A DNA stretch of 64,000 nucleotides, from contig JBHGNT010000009.1 of NCBI GenBank assembly GCA_043228905.1, positions 18,352,001-18,416,000 of the forward strand, given 5' to 3'. Under the pieces are notes generated by a model, which was not told the DNA's origin, did not search any database, and saw nothing but the letters and a program-made list of their open reading frames with translations. Position 1 is the stretch's first letter. Every line of letters starts with the position of its first letter. Origin of the DNA: Azolla caroliniana. Taxonomy: Eukaryota; Plantae; Polypodiophyta. The translations under genes were made by a program, and so were the position numbers. This document shows, one piece after another, positions 28,048-39,764 of this stretch.

Positions 28048-30190
28048 ATGGGGAAGGCAGGGTGCTTCAGCTCCTTTCTGTGTTTTACTCTCAAATTCTT
28101 CAATTTCATCATCGCTTTTGTGGGCGTAGACCTCGTCCTCTCCTCGCTCTGGTTCCTCTACACCCTCCCTGCCTCCCATGAATCCATCGCCGCCGATTGG
28201 TTCACCTTGCCCAATGCCTGGTAATGAAGGCTCTTCACCTCATCAATTCTATTTCGGAGCTTCCTTCATTCCTCCATAGCCGATTTATTAACATAAATTG
28301 CTCAGAATTGCTCTTTGATATCGTCATAACGGAACCATGTGTGTGTGTATATATGTTGTGTGCATGCGTGTCTGTATATGTATATGCATGTGGTATGCAG
28401 CTGAATAGCGAAAAAAACCTACCAAACTTGCAAGAAAGAGACAGTAATCAGAGATAACGATTAATTGGTCAGAAAACATGGCTGTTTCTTGATACGTCCG
28501 TAGTAGATGAAAGTAGGGCGGTTTCATCACGTAGAAGTGGCAATGTAAACCTTATGAAATTGTCGCAATACTCCTTTCAGGTATAAATTCTCTGTATGTG
28601 TGTATGTACGTATGAATGTGGGTGAGTGTGTATATATGCCTCCATTGTATTTATCTGTGTGCTAATGTAATTTCTGTAATGGATGTATATGTGTGAATGT
28701 ATGTAATGTATGGACACATGCATGTGTAATGTTCCCTCCAGTAATATATATTACCCAAAAAAGCTTGTAATATGTATGTGCTCTTCGTCTTGTTACTCTC
28801 TCCCTTATATAGATGACATATAAATATGTGTATCATCAATATATATGTATGCCTATATAGGAAATGCTTACATATAGAAATAGTAGACTATCTTCTGCTA
28901 CTGCGGAACCTTTTACTGCTAATTAGGAAGCAATGTTATAACTTTCTAGTTGAGTTTTGAGCTTATGTTTAAATTACAGGTTTTCCTTCTTCTTGTTGGC
29001 TCTTGGTGTCATTCTTTGTATGACAGCTTTAGTTGGGCATTTGGCTGCAGAAACAGGAAATGGGTGCCTCCTTTCATGTGTATCCTCACCATTTTTGGAA
29101 GTTTCTTGATAGTTGGGTGGCATTGTAGCATCCATTGCGTACTTCTGTTCTCCTTATTTGTGTATTCCTGTTGTGAAATCTTACATGTTTACTTCTATAT
29201 AACCCAAATCATGGTTCATAAACGTTGTTTGGACATCCCGACTCTGTTACTAGGCATTGTTGTTTACGTTGCAAAGTCGCAGAACTTTTAGTTGTATATC
29301 ACCATAACAATGGTTAGTGTACATTTTTCTAGAAGTTGTAGGTTTGTGACCGGGCACCGTAGCATTCATGTCTTTATGTTACAATGTCCTACATTTCTCT
29401 AACCATGGTTTGTATTCTGCATTTTGTGTTTATGTAGCAAAATGTTTTAAGTATTTTCATGTGAATATTGGGAATGAATGCCAACCACTATTTTTATACA
29501 TTTTTCTTTTTTGCTGTACATTTAGGTATTTATGTGGCTCGTACACTTCCCCTTTCTAATTAATTAGCATATGACCTTAACTGGCTTCAGTATATACTTT
29601 TCTTGCTTTTGCTTATGTTTTCCCAAGGGGCCTTTGTTACAAACATCGTTGTAAATAAGAATTGGGAGGAGGTATGTTCAATTATCTTTTGATGTGTTAA
29701 AATCAACTGGTTTGTGTGGGTATTAACATCTGAGTTTATCTCAGAGTATCCCGAATGATCCATCTGGTTTATATGACTACATCAAGAAGTTTGTTGAAAC
29801 GAATATGGATGTGTGCAAGTGGGGAGGATTTGCTATTGTAGTCGTTGAGGTAAATAGAAGATTTGATCGAATGATAAGTGTGAATGTTGTGCATTTTTAA
29901 ATATAGACCCTCTAAATATATTGTAATGTCTACAATAGGCTATTGCTGCGGTGCTTGCACTGTGGATCAAGACTATTGCACCGAGATCATGTTGCGGATC
30001 ATATGATAGTGATGATGAATATCTAGAGCCTGGTGAATGTATGCTTTCAAAGTCGGCTACTCGGAAATCTCTTCTGAAGCATGGTAAAAATGGTGCAAAG
30101 ACAACTTCAGGAGTAGTTCAGGGTGTTCCTTATCGAGGTATTCCAGCAAATGGAAGGGTTAAAGTGGTTTATGACACATCCTTTACCTAG
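28048..30190 (+). CDS. Tetraspanin-like membrane protein (TOM2A / tetraspanin-18/19/20 family)
   Basis: Exons 28048-28220, 28980-29079, 29591-29671, 29745-29849 and 29939-30190 (3' end uncertain; a further exon near 30381-30462 is possible). Four hydrophobic segments with family motifs LKFFNFIIAFVGV, AWF..., GHLAAETGNGCLLSCY, NKNWEESIPNDPSG, FVETNMDVCKW and YDSDDEY. Confidence 0.88.
29080..29590 (+). other. U12-type (minor spliceosome) GT-AG intron
   Basis: 5' splice site GTATCCTC; branch site CCTTAAC at 29575-29581, 9 nt before the end of the intron (CAG at 29588-29590); no long polypyrimidine tract; the reading frame is maintained. Confidence 0.82.
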
Positions 30191-31133
30191 TTGTCGTTTT
30201 TCTTGGTGTGGGCATGAGATCGATTATTATCTCTGAAGTCATTAAAGAAACTATATAAACATGTAAGTAAAATACTGTATGTACTTCTATATGCTATTAT
30301 TGGATACATGACTTTTTAATAAGAGTGCCTATTAAGCAATTGTTTTACATGCATCTCTTTCCCTTTGAAAGAAATTGCAGGCCTCAATGGCCTAATTGGG
30401 TTGTTTGATAGTAATTTGTTCTTTGTGCTGCAGGTGAATTCGTGGGTCTTCAAGAAAATAAGGTTTTTTATACATATTAAAGTGTTGTTTTGGTTTGCAC
30501 TATTGAGCTCTTATGGCCATGAGATGAGCAAAAGGAGCTTTGTAATACATGCATGTCTTTTGGGTTTTAAAGGTTATTCTTCAATTAGAATTATGAAGAA
30601 AGTGAATTCGATTTTTAAAATTTTTTTATAGGGGGATCTCAAAAGCCATTTATTGAACCTTTAATTGCACAAAATCATTAGAAGTAAATATCATAAATAT
30701 GAGCTTAACAATCCATTTTGATTCAGTAGATAGACTGATGACATACTTATATATATAGATGTTTTTACATTATTTAACGTTTGGAGGAATGGGCACCTAG
30801 AAGCCCATTGGGAGGGAGTTGGGCCTACTCTTTGATATTCTCCTTGATCCCCTAGTAGTTAAAGGGTCACTCTGCAACTTTGGGGTTAGGGATGAATGTG
30901 TATATAAACTTCTTGGGTTTACTCATGAGAGTTTAGTTGCCTTAGGGTGTAGAGGGAGTGGGGTGCAAATGTCTATATTTTGTCTATATAGGGCATCCTA
31001 CTATAGGGGCGCCATACGTTTCTATGAGTAGGTGCTAGTAAGGTGTAACAAGGTATAACACATCCAAAGTTGGGATGCTCCTTAGGCATTGAACAATCAT
31101 TGTTTTGATCTATATTGGATGTCCATCCACTTT

Positions 31134-31450
31134 CCCGATCCTATTGTGGGGCATCTTGTCCCTAAAGTGTTAACATTGCAACACATGGGGTAGGAGCAAT
31201 GTTGAAGATGCAAAAACCAATAATAAGTAGCAAAGATGGTCAAGAACATTCCCATCTTTGTAGGAAATGTTTGAAAGGTACCAAACTATACTTGTTTGGT
31301 CATGACTACTTTGTCGATCCTACCATGGGGGAAGAGCAATGTTGAAGATGCAAAAACCAACAATATGTCGCAGAAATGGCTAGGAACATTCCCATCTTTT
31401 TTAGGAAAAGCTTGACAGCTACCGAACTATACGCCTTTGATCATGACTAG
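31134..31450. repeat. Imperfect local tandem duplication (~130 bp)
   Basis: gagcaatgttgaagatgcaaaaaccaa...gaacattcccatcttt...catgacta occurs at about 31194 and about 31334. Confidence 0.75.
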
Positions 31451-32703
31451 GGTGGGTGGAACAATTACTTGTGCTGCAAAGGGATTTGTATCGATTTAAC
31501 TCTTTTTTGTTAAGTGTCACATCTCTGTACCTTTGCATATCCTTGTCTCACTTCCAAGTTCCTCTTCTTTCATTTCCCTTCCCTTTCTTTTTATTTTCTC
31601 CAAAAGAGGAGCTACTTACCCATTAGGTAGAAGAGATTTTTACAAAAAGGCTATGCAATGTGGCTTATATGGCTACACATATTCTCTCATATTTTTTACT
31701 TAATGTAAGTAGGTAGCTAGAGCATTCTTAATGTAACTGTCCTTCCCTTTCTCTTCTTTGAGAGCATTCTTACATTAAACTGTTGTATATTTTGACATAT
31801 CTTTATTTTCTTAATTTAGTTTTCATAGCAAATACCACTTGAGCAAATTGAATGTTGGAATCACATAAACAAATTTAATCAAGGAGTTAAGTGTAAGGTA
31901 TAAGTGAAAACACTTACAAACCAATAACAATGAGTAACAAGAGCATGTTCCGCATCAAAGAAATGGCTTTATATGTAAGTGTTGTTGACTCGTGTCTTTC
32001 ACATGATGGTATAATGAGCAAAGTTTGAAATGTTCATCTTGTCTACAGGAAATTCAGCATGTCCCACTATCCATATTTTGGTGACACTAAGTTGTGGTAA
32101 TATTCTAGTGCTTTTCACAAATTTATTAACACAATTGTATGTACAACTCCAAAAACGAGAATCTCAAGAAAACAGCCAGTACAATAAAGTTTTCAGATGA
32201 CCCAATAAATAACACACAAAAAAAACAACATTGGAGGATTCAAAGAAATGACAATTAGTGATGTTTTTTTATCATGTTCTATAAACTCTATACTTCCATG
32301 AAATTGAAACATGTGGGACAAAGTGGTTAAGGATGAGCACTAACTTCTGCAGAGAATATACTGAATATAGAAGTTTCTGATCATGCATATGAACAAGATC
32401 ATCAATCTTTGAGATTGTATATGTGCTGATTTTAAGTATTGTAAGTGTATCATAAGGCCTTGGGGGAGAACACAATATTAAATGCATAGTAAGCATTGCT
32501 TGCTTCTACATCTCAGATGATAGATAGACATAATGATACTTGACGAGCCTCAGCGTGATCATTTTGCAAATTGGAAGGACTCTACATTGCAATGAAGCTT
32601 CACGATTTTTGGCTGACTTGACATGTTACCTTTAGGATTACCTCCCAAAGTATAATCTCTAGAGGCACGCACACACATTATAAACAGTACCAGAAAAAAA
32701 GTT

Positions 32704-35222
32704 TTAACCTGTTCCCAAAAGCCAAAATGTTAGAAGGAACGAGGGTATTGTCATCAACCAGCTAAGGAAAGCCATAGCTGCTGCCGTCTCATACTTTCCA
32801 CAATAGTTGTGAGCACAATTATTTAGATCATCATCAATTAGGACAGTGATACCAGCAGTGGCACATGCTCCTGCAAAGGTCATTGTGGAAGTGACCTGTT
32901 CAAATGTCGTTAAAAGACACTATGATTTAGTCACATGTATGAAACTTGTAGCTAAGTTTCATGTCCAGGCTTAGAATGATATGCAACTGAACATGCTATA
33001 TAAAAACTGAAATGAATGAAGCTCCAAATGTTCAGAAGCATGATTCATAACTTACCCCGTCTCCCACGGTAAATAAGCTGATCAGAAGCCAATGGTGCAA
33101 GCTCCTCCTCACTGAAAGAGCATAGATATCAACAATTCCTGCAAGTAGGCTCCATACAGCTTGGAGAAGAGTGGCAATAAGAAGATAACTGTATATGGAG
33201 TTCATGTCAGTCTCAAATCAATACTTGATAATTAAAACATCAAGCGTCAATTTGTTTTGGATAATGTCAATCTACAGTTATTATCCATCTCAATCTTATT
33301 TCCTAAATCTCTCACACATGCATGGATGACACAATGCCCGACACAAGCGTGCAATCGATATAAATGGCCAACATAGGCTTTATACATTCTAATGAGAAGT
33401 AATCTTTTTTGGGGGAAGCATTATATGTCCACGAGGAAGACCAAAGCCCCGACAAGCAGCCCCAACATTTATTCTTGCAGAAGCTTATGGGTATGCGTAA
33501 CATGAGAGAAAATGGGTGTGTTGAAGAAGATGAGATATCTCAAAATCACAGGGAATACCAAGGTTGATTTTCAGAAAGGCAAGAGAAAGGTTCATACCAT
33601 CAAGAAGTTTGAAGAAGATGACATCTCTACAAATGTGGGAGCACCATTGTCCAATATAGTTCTGAGCACGAAAAAATGAAAGAAGGATGCCTTTTGTTCT
33701 CTTTCATGAAGAAATAGTTTCACAAGGAAGTACTACCGAAGACTAGATGGACATGTTAAATCTCAAGTGGCTAAAATCAAAATATTTTGTCTCCCACAAA
33801 ACTTACAAAATAAGAATTCAATCCTCAACATTCGTTGCCGACTTGTATATAATATACTCAGGTTTCTCAGTACTTATGTGGGCCACATTTCATCTCATAT
33901 TATCCTATCTTCATTTCTATGCTTTTTTCTTCACGTGGCATCTCTCACAAAAACTATATTATAAGGGGGCTCTAGACTAATTGCAATTTATTTCAATCAT
34001 AACTATAACTGAGAAAATGGATTCATGGAAAAAGTTTAGGCAGTTCACTCTTTGCCTAAGCTAGCCTAACAATACATTTCCCCAGTTTAGGTAAAAGGTT
34101 TCATGTAACATGTAATGTATAATAATTGAAGGACCTATTGCAGGATCTATTGCAAGTTGGTTCTAATGAATTCATAAAGGATGACTGTCTGGCATCCATT
34201 TTTATAATTGGAGTTAGGTTTCATCCATGGCACAATTAAAAATAATGAGAGAAAACGACGAGTTTATGGGAATTTAGTAGTAACATTATATATTTTTGTC
34301 GGTTCTATTTATAAATATTTCAAATTGGGACATCAAAAAACTTAACATACATTCTCATGAATAAGGTTCTTAACATGAAAATATATAGGTTGCTTTTCTT
34401 TAATAATGTGAATTATCTACTGATCAATAGAGAAAGTTAGCTTCTTTAATTCTTTCATTGTTAATGTAATGGTCTAAATATCCACATTGGTACTGTAACA
34501 TCTTTCTTTCTCATTTCATGACGCTGGTCAGGGATATTATCAGTGGAATCAGCCATTGGGATAAAAAAAATCTAGCCTTGTCTCTTCTAATGCAATTAAT
34601 ACTAACAGTAACATAAATGCAACTGTTAAACCAAAAAGTTAATAAGACACTCTACTGCCCCCTCCATGTCTTATACCTTCTCGAATGTAAACGACAAGAA
34701 AATGTTTTTTATCTCTTTATGAACTGATTCAGCACCATATATTTCCTTCCTTCAATCTTTATTTTTCTCTTTCACTGTGTGTGCGTGTGTGTGTGTGGTT
34801 ACACTCTTTGCTTGACTACTCAACCACAGACACAAACTCATGGAAGATCAAACCTGTGAAATTCGGAAACTAGGTTTTACATTTTTTGTGCACAGATGCA
34901 GAGAGTCCGTTTTAAATATTTTATATATAAAATTACCTATCTGATTTCTTTCTTTTCTTTATCTGCTTAATGATGACATATGATTGAAGGAGAAAAGTTT
35001 GTGTTCTGCTTACCAGAAGGCAGTGACCTGAGAGAAATCTGGAGTGGTGACCAACATTACAATGGAAAATACGGCAAAGAAAATTTGACCAAGTCGAAGA
35101 AGAAAGCCTCCTAGAGTACCAGGCATTCCTTGATAATCCTTCATTCTCACTCGCGTAGGAGGTTCAATGAAAGCAGGAGGTACCCCCACAGGGTGAACTA
35201 AAGAACGACTGACCAGTTCCAT
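32704..35222 (-). CDS. CASP-like protein, CASPL5A-type (DUF588), 177 aa
   Basis: Exons 35222-35014, 33188-33056, 32895-32704 (534 nt, GT-AG). Motifs [86 protein letters not shown]. Confidence 0.93.
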
Positions 35223-35645
35223 ATATTCTTGCGAAGAAAGAATCCTTCACAGAAGGAAGGTGCGGATCAGAGAAAAATCTTCATTCCTGAATGAATTCAA
35301 GAACAAATAACCAGTTCCATATATCCACGGGAATAGAGAATCCTTTATAGGAAAACACCTGACTCTGGGAAAGATCTTTCCTGCATGAAGTAAAGAAGTT
35401 TCGTATCCTTCCAGATAAAACAATCCTTTACAGAAGGAAATACCTAACTGACAGAAGCATTCGTTTTCCTGGATGAACTAAGTAAAGAACGACTAGACAG
35501 TTCATATCCTTACAAAAAAGAATCCTTTACAGGAGAAGGACCAAGCTCAGACAAAGATCTCCTTTCCTCTTCCTCCTCCTTCAGGATGTACTGAAGAACA
35601 ACGGAACAGTCCCATATGATTACAAAAGAAAAATCTGATCAGAGA
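35190..35645. repeat. Degenerate ~95-110-bp tandem repeat that includes the CASPL start codon region
   Basis: gaa(c)taaagaac...cagttc(c)atat...gaatcctt(t)acag recurs near 35194, 35292, 35386, 35473 and 35586. Confidence 0.65.
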
Positions 35646-37003
35646 ATGATATTCTTTCGTCTTCCTCCTCCTCTACCTCCCACAGAATGAACCAAAGAGG
35701 GAGTTTCCAGCTGCGTAGAGGTGGACAGAATCCTTTCAACCTCAAATGAACTATCTCCTTTATTTCCTTGTTTTTTATTATCTGATATACCACCATGAAA
35801 AACTGGTTCTTTGTTCAGACGCTGAGATGTTCGCCCGTACAGACAGATAGAGTTCCCATGGCGCCGAGAGGTAATCGCAATCAGAGAAGGACATACGCAT
35901 CCAAGCTATCGGATATAGCTTCTAACAGAGGAGAACAAATCATGAGACCCTAATCATCAGGAGAACAAATCCTTCATGGAGAAAGGGATGGATTCAACGA
36001 TGAAGAAGCGACAGCGATAATACGGCAGAAGGACGACGGCACCATTGAAGGTATGGCGGTGCTTTCTTTATTTACACAGGCGCGCTCTTCCTCTCTGTCT
36101 GTTCCGTCTGTTCTGCTCTGCTGTGTGTGTACGTGTGTGTTGTGGTAGCAGGAGGCTCCATGTAAGCTTGGGTTCACACGCCAAGAAGAAGGAGATAGAA
36201 GATATGGAGAAGCAAGAAGAATATGAAAAAGAAGGAGCTCTCTCTCTCTCTCATCTCTTCTTCACACTTTATTTTAGCCATTACTTCATCATATTTTTGA
36301 ATTGAAGCCAATAACAAAATATATGATATGATCTAAGAAGATTAGTCGAGTCATCAAATAAAGCTAATAGATTTCGGAGCTATACTTCTTGTAGTGTTTG
36401 GTCGAACAATGGCAAACACTAGTAATTGTGGTCGCAAAGTATAAGAGTAAGATCGGAACTAAGTCAAGATCACCAACGATTCTTAATATTAATACCAACA
36501 TTACCGCAACGTTACCGTTCTCGTCTCATGATACCAACCGCTAGATTCTTCCACTCGTACGTAAACTTGCATTGTTGAATCTCGAATACGCTACCTTCTA
36601 TTAATTCTACCCTAACCAAATGAAGAGTATCGCGCATGCGACGTCTTAGTGGCGGCCTTCGTGTAGGTTGTTTCTAAATCTTAAACGACGTCATCCTTGT
36701 GGACGACTACATTCAAATGCACACCATACAACAACTAGGCGTCATCACATTCTCGCGTCTACTCGCTTGTATTCAAACTAGGAGCACGGCGAGCCTAAGC
36801 AAGAAAGGCATTGTTCATATGTTCCCTCGAGCGAGTGCGCATTAAAAATATGTGAACGGCATCGTCGTGATCGATGATTACGTTCAAATGAGCGACTTTT
36901 ATCCCTTCCCCAATCCACGCATGTATTGATTGCGCAACGTTACCGAGCACTCTCGTTGTCATCGTCGTATTCCGATTCTCGAGAAGCGGAACCTAATCCT
37001 AAT

Positions 37004-37076
37004 CGATCCTACTAGGGATCGAACCTAGAATCTCTGGTTTCGTAGACCAGCGCCTTATCCATTGGGCCATAGGATC
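37004..37076 (-). tRNA. trnR-ACG: tRNA-Arg(ACG), unit 1
   Basis: GATCCTA TG GCCC AATGGATA AGGC G CTGGT CT-ACG-AA ACCAG AGATT CTAGG TTCGATC CCTAG TAGGATC G: full cloverleaf, A and B boxes, A20/C35/G36 Arg identity elements. Confidence 0.96.
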
Positions 37077-37333
37077 TTCGGTTTTCCGTTGGTAATTGTA
37101 GTCCCATTGAGGATCGCGATTGACGTGCGGCACACTTTTGACGAGGAATTTGTGCCGGATAAACCATTCCATTTCTTTTACCTGTTAAACATCATCATCC
37201 TCGTAAATGAATGCAACCATTAAGCCAAAACAGTGGATACAAAGATCACATTTTCTGGACGGTTGAGACGAATGCGCATTATGACTCCGTGAATGATTCT
37301 CGGTCGTCGTGCACTAGGGTCACGATTCTAAAC

Positions 37334-37406
37334 CGACCCTACTAGGGGTCGAACCTAGAATCTTTGGTTTCGAAGACCAACGCCTTATCCATTAGGCCAT
37401 AGGATC
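37334..37406 (-). tRNA. trnR-TCG: tRNA-Arg(TCG), unit 1
   Basis: GATCCTA TG GCCT AATGGATA AGGC G TTGGT CT-TCG-AA ACCAA AGATT CTAGG TTCGACC CCTAG TAGGGTC G: full cloverleaf, intact A and B boxes. Confidence 0.94.
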
Positions 37407-38182
37407 TTCGACCTTTCATCGAAAAGCGAAGGGAATGAAGATCTCACATGTGAACGGATAGGACCTCTTATTTCTCGTCATATTTCTTGATCGTCGTATT
37501 TTTCGTAGGATCTCTTGTCTCTTACCTTACCATTATATTACTCGCCACATTACGGAGATGAGCTTAAATGGGTTTATCGGATAAAGGTATGCGGTGTGAC
37601 GTATGCAATCCATAGAAAAGCATTCATGACCGTACAAATGACCTTCGAGAAGAGTTTTCGTCTCGAACTGCCAATCTCTGATGCGCAACGTTACCGTTCT
37701 CGTCTCATGATACCAACCGCTAGATTCTTCCACTCGTACGTAAACTTGCATTGTTGAATCTCGAATACGCTACCTTCTATTAATTCTACCCTAACCAAAT
37801 GAAGAGTATCGCGCATGCGACGTCTTAGTGGCGGCCTTCGTGTAGGTTGTTTCTAAATCTTAAACGACGTCATCCTTGTGGACGACTACATTCAAATGCA
37901 CACCATACAACAACTAGGCGTCATCACATTCTCGCGTCTACTCGCTTGTATTCAAACTAGGAGCACGGCGAGCCTAAGCAAGAAAGGCATTGTTCATATG
38001 TTCCCTCGAGCGAGTGCGCATTAAAAATATGTGAACGGCATCGTCGTGATCGATGATTACGTTCAAATGAGCGACTTTTATCCCTTCCCCAATCCACGCA
38101 TGTATTGATTGCGCAACGTTACCGAGCACTCTCGTTGTCATCGTCGTATTCCGATTCTCGAGAAGCGGAACCTAATCCTAAT

Positions 38183-38255
38183 CGATCCTACTAGGGATCG
38201 AACCTAGAATCTCTGGTTTCGTAGACCAGCGCCTTATCCATTGGGCCATAGGATC
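38183..38255 (-). tRNA. trnR-ACG: tRNA-Arg(ACG), unit 2
   Basis: Same as the unit 1 copy. Confidence 0.95.
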
Positions 38256-38512
38256 TTCGGTTTTCCGTTGGTAATTGTAGTCCCATTGAGGATCGCGATT
38301 GACGTGCGGCACACTTTTGACGAGGAATTTGTGCCGGATAAACCATTCCATTTCTTTTACCTGTTAAACATCATCATCCTCGTAAATGAATGCAACCATT
38401 AAGCCAAAACAGTGGATACAAAGATCACATTTTCTGGACGGTTGAGACGAATGCGCATTATGACTCCGTGAATGATTCTCGGTCGTCGTGCACTAGGGTC
38501 ACGATTCTAAAC

Positions 38513-38585
38513 CGACCCTACTAGGGGTCGAACCTAGAATCTTTGGTTTCGAAGACCAACGCCTTATCCATTAGGCCATAGGATC
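38513..38585 (-). tRNA. trnR-TCG: tRNA-Arg(TCG), unit 2
   Basis: Same as the unit 1 copy. Confidence 0.93.
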
Positions 38586-39361
38586 TTCGACCTTTCATCG
38601 AAAAGCGAAGGGAATGAAGATCTCACATGTGAACGGATAGGACCTCTTATTTCTCGTCATATTTCTTGATCGTCGTATTTTTCGTAGGATCTCTTGTCTC
38701 TTACCTTACCATTATATTACTCGCCACATTACGGAGATGAGCTTAAATGGGTTTATCGGATAAAGGTATGCGGTGTGACGTATGCAATCCATAGAAAAGC
38801 ATTCATGACCGTACAAATGACCTTCGAGAAGAGTTTTCGTCTCGAACTGCCAATCTCTGATGCGCAACGTTACCGTTCTCGTCTCATGATACCAACCGCT
38901 AGATTCTTCCACTCGTACGTAAACTTGCATTGTTGAATCTCGAATACGCTACCTTCTATTAATTCTACCCTAACCAAATGAAGAGTATCGCGCATGCGAC
39001 GTCTTAGTGGCGGCCTTCGTGTAGGTTGTTTCTAAATCTTAAACGACGTCATCCTTGTGGACGACTACATTCAAATGCACACCATACAACAACTAGGCGT
39101 CATCACATTCTCGCGTCTACTCGCTTGTATTCAAACTAGGAGCACGGCGAGCCTAAGCAAGAAAGGCATTGTTCATATGTTCCCTCGAGCGAGTGCGCAT
39201 TAAAAATATGTGAACGGCATCGTCGTGATCGATGATTACGTTCAAATGAGCGACTTTTATCCCTTCCCCAATCCACGCATGTATTGATTGCGCAACGTTA
39301 CCGAGCACTCTCGTTGTCATCGTCGTATTCCGATTCTCGAGAAGCGGAACCTAATCCTAAT

Positions 39362-39434
39362 CGATCCTACTAGGGATCGAACCTAGAATCTCTGGTTTCG
39401 TAGACCAGCGCCTTATCCATTGGGCCATAGGATC
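39362..39434 (-). tRNA. trnR-ACG: tRNA-Arg(ACG), unit 3
   Basis: Same as the unit 1 copy. Confidence 0.95.
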
Positions 39435-39691
39435 TTCGGTTTTCCGTTGGTAATTGTAGTCCCATTGAGGATCGCGATTGACGTGCGGCACACTTTTGAC
39501 GAGGAATTTGTGCCGGATAAACCATTCCATTTCTTTTACCTGTTAAACATCATCATCCTCGTAAATGAATGCAACCATTAAGCCAAAACAGTGGATACAA
39601 AGATCACATTTTCTGGACGGTTGAGACGAATGCGCATTATGACTCCGTGAATGATTCTCGGTCGTCGTGCACTAGGGTCACGATTCTAAAC

Positions 39692-39764
39692 CGACCCTAC
39701 TAGGGGTCGAACCTAGAATCTTTGGTTTCGAAGACCAACGCCTTATCCATTAGGCCATAGGATC
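39692..39764 (-). tRNA. trnR-TCG: tRNA-Arg(TCG), unit 3
   Basis: Same as the unit 1 copy. Confidence 0.93.

Noticed and set aside
33500-33760. Purine-rich, coding-like segment in CASPL intron 1
   Set aside because: Short, interrupted by stops, and with no identifiable homology.
37077-37333. C/D-box snoRNA in the inter-tRNA spacer (ATGATGA on the minus strand near 37191-37197)
   Set aside because: No downstream CTGA D box or terminal stem found; the motif is part of a short (GAT)n run.
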